A DNA stretch of 63,489 bases, counting the filler, from Octopus bimaculoides (taxonomy: Eukaryota), in the NCBI RefSeq assembly GCF_001194135.2. It is 4 parts of 3 records of this genome, joined end to end, with 100 filler letters (N's around TTAATTAATTAA, not from the genome) between each part and the next. Parts side by side here need not be neighbours in the genome. Positions count along the whole stretch, not along the records: positions 62,430 to 63,489 come from NW_026303161.1; 3 more parts are not named here. One strand, given 5' to 3'. A program made the translations under genes and the position numbers. This document shows, in pieces, positions 63,041 through 63,489 of this stretch. Under the pieces are notes generated by a model. It was not told the origin of the DNA. It saw only the letters and a program-made list of their open reading frames with translations, and did not search any database. Positions within the stretch are counted from its first letter, which is position 1, and each line of letters opens with the position of its first letter.

Positions 63041-63329
63041 GTAACCAATGCCCAATTGAAAACCGTCCAAAATGCTTGCACTGGTAGACTGATGGCAACT
63101 TGTCGTAAAGTTCAAACTAAGTTCATTATTGATGTATCGACCGTAACAATGTCCGACCTACAAAAACCCCTACACTCTGGACTGATAATGAGCTTGTTTA
63201 TCTCAAGCTCTGTACCGCCGGTTCCGCTTCAAAAAGGACAGCAAGCACTTTCGTGGAAACATTATATTAATTCGAACGGCAACGTCAGTCAATTTTCGAT
63301 CTGGTCAAATGAATTAGAAAAGTTAAGCG
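63041..63329 (+). CDS. Candidate internal coding exon of an unidentified plus-strand gene
   Basis: Strong acceptor tcttttatttttgtag| and strong donor AAGCG|gtgagt. Only the phase-0 frame is open across all 289 nt (VTNAQLK...ELEKLS), which matches the phase-0 exit of 61298-61440. No homology recognised. Confidence 0.4.
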
Positions 63330-63372
63330 GTGAGTAAAATTATTATTTGTGCTCTTTTGTCGTATACTCTCG

Positions 63373-63404
<32 letters not shown>

Positions 63405-63489
63405 TGTATGTATGTATGCGTGTTTGCGTGCATGCATGCGTGTGTACATGTATGTATGTATGTATGTATGTATGTATGTATGTATGTAT

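Overview
AT-rich, microsatellite-dense animal genomic DNA from a gapped draft assembly. The repeat families and gene content suggest a coleoid cephalopod such as Octopus (inference). There is one solid gene: a ~5.3 kb minus-strand coding exon (46822-52096) of a FREM2/FREM3/ECM3-family basement-membrane protein, with a signal-like segment, the N-terminal NV domain and about 12 CSPG repeats. It ends at a canonical phase-1 GTAAG donor. No second exon was recognised in the 46.8 kb downstream, so most of the window is probably intron 1, or the exon lies in an N gap. That region holds a nest of about 10 fragments of R4/Dong-like RLE retrotransposons associated with (AAT)n tracts, a Tx1/L1-like fragment, at least four tRNA-derived SINE families, hAT-type MITEs and several long inverted repeats. 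The most unusual signal is a set of minimal hammerhead-ribozyme-like modules with canonical or variant cores (26149-26185; 12.9/13.2 kb; 21.9/22.1 kb). Two of these loci are outward-pointing inverted pairs reminiscent of Penelope-like element termini. A possible unidentified plus-strand gene (two phase-compatible exons) lies at 61.3-63.3 kb. Nearly all other ORFs in the supplied track are translations of microsatellites or N gaps. All alignments, folds and family assignments were made by eye and from memory; no searches were run.
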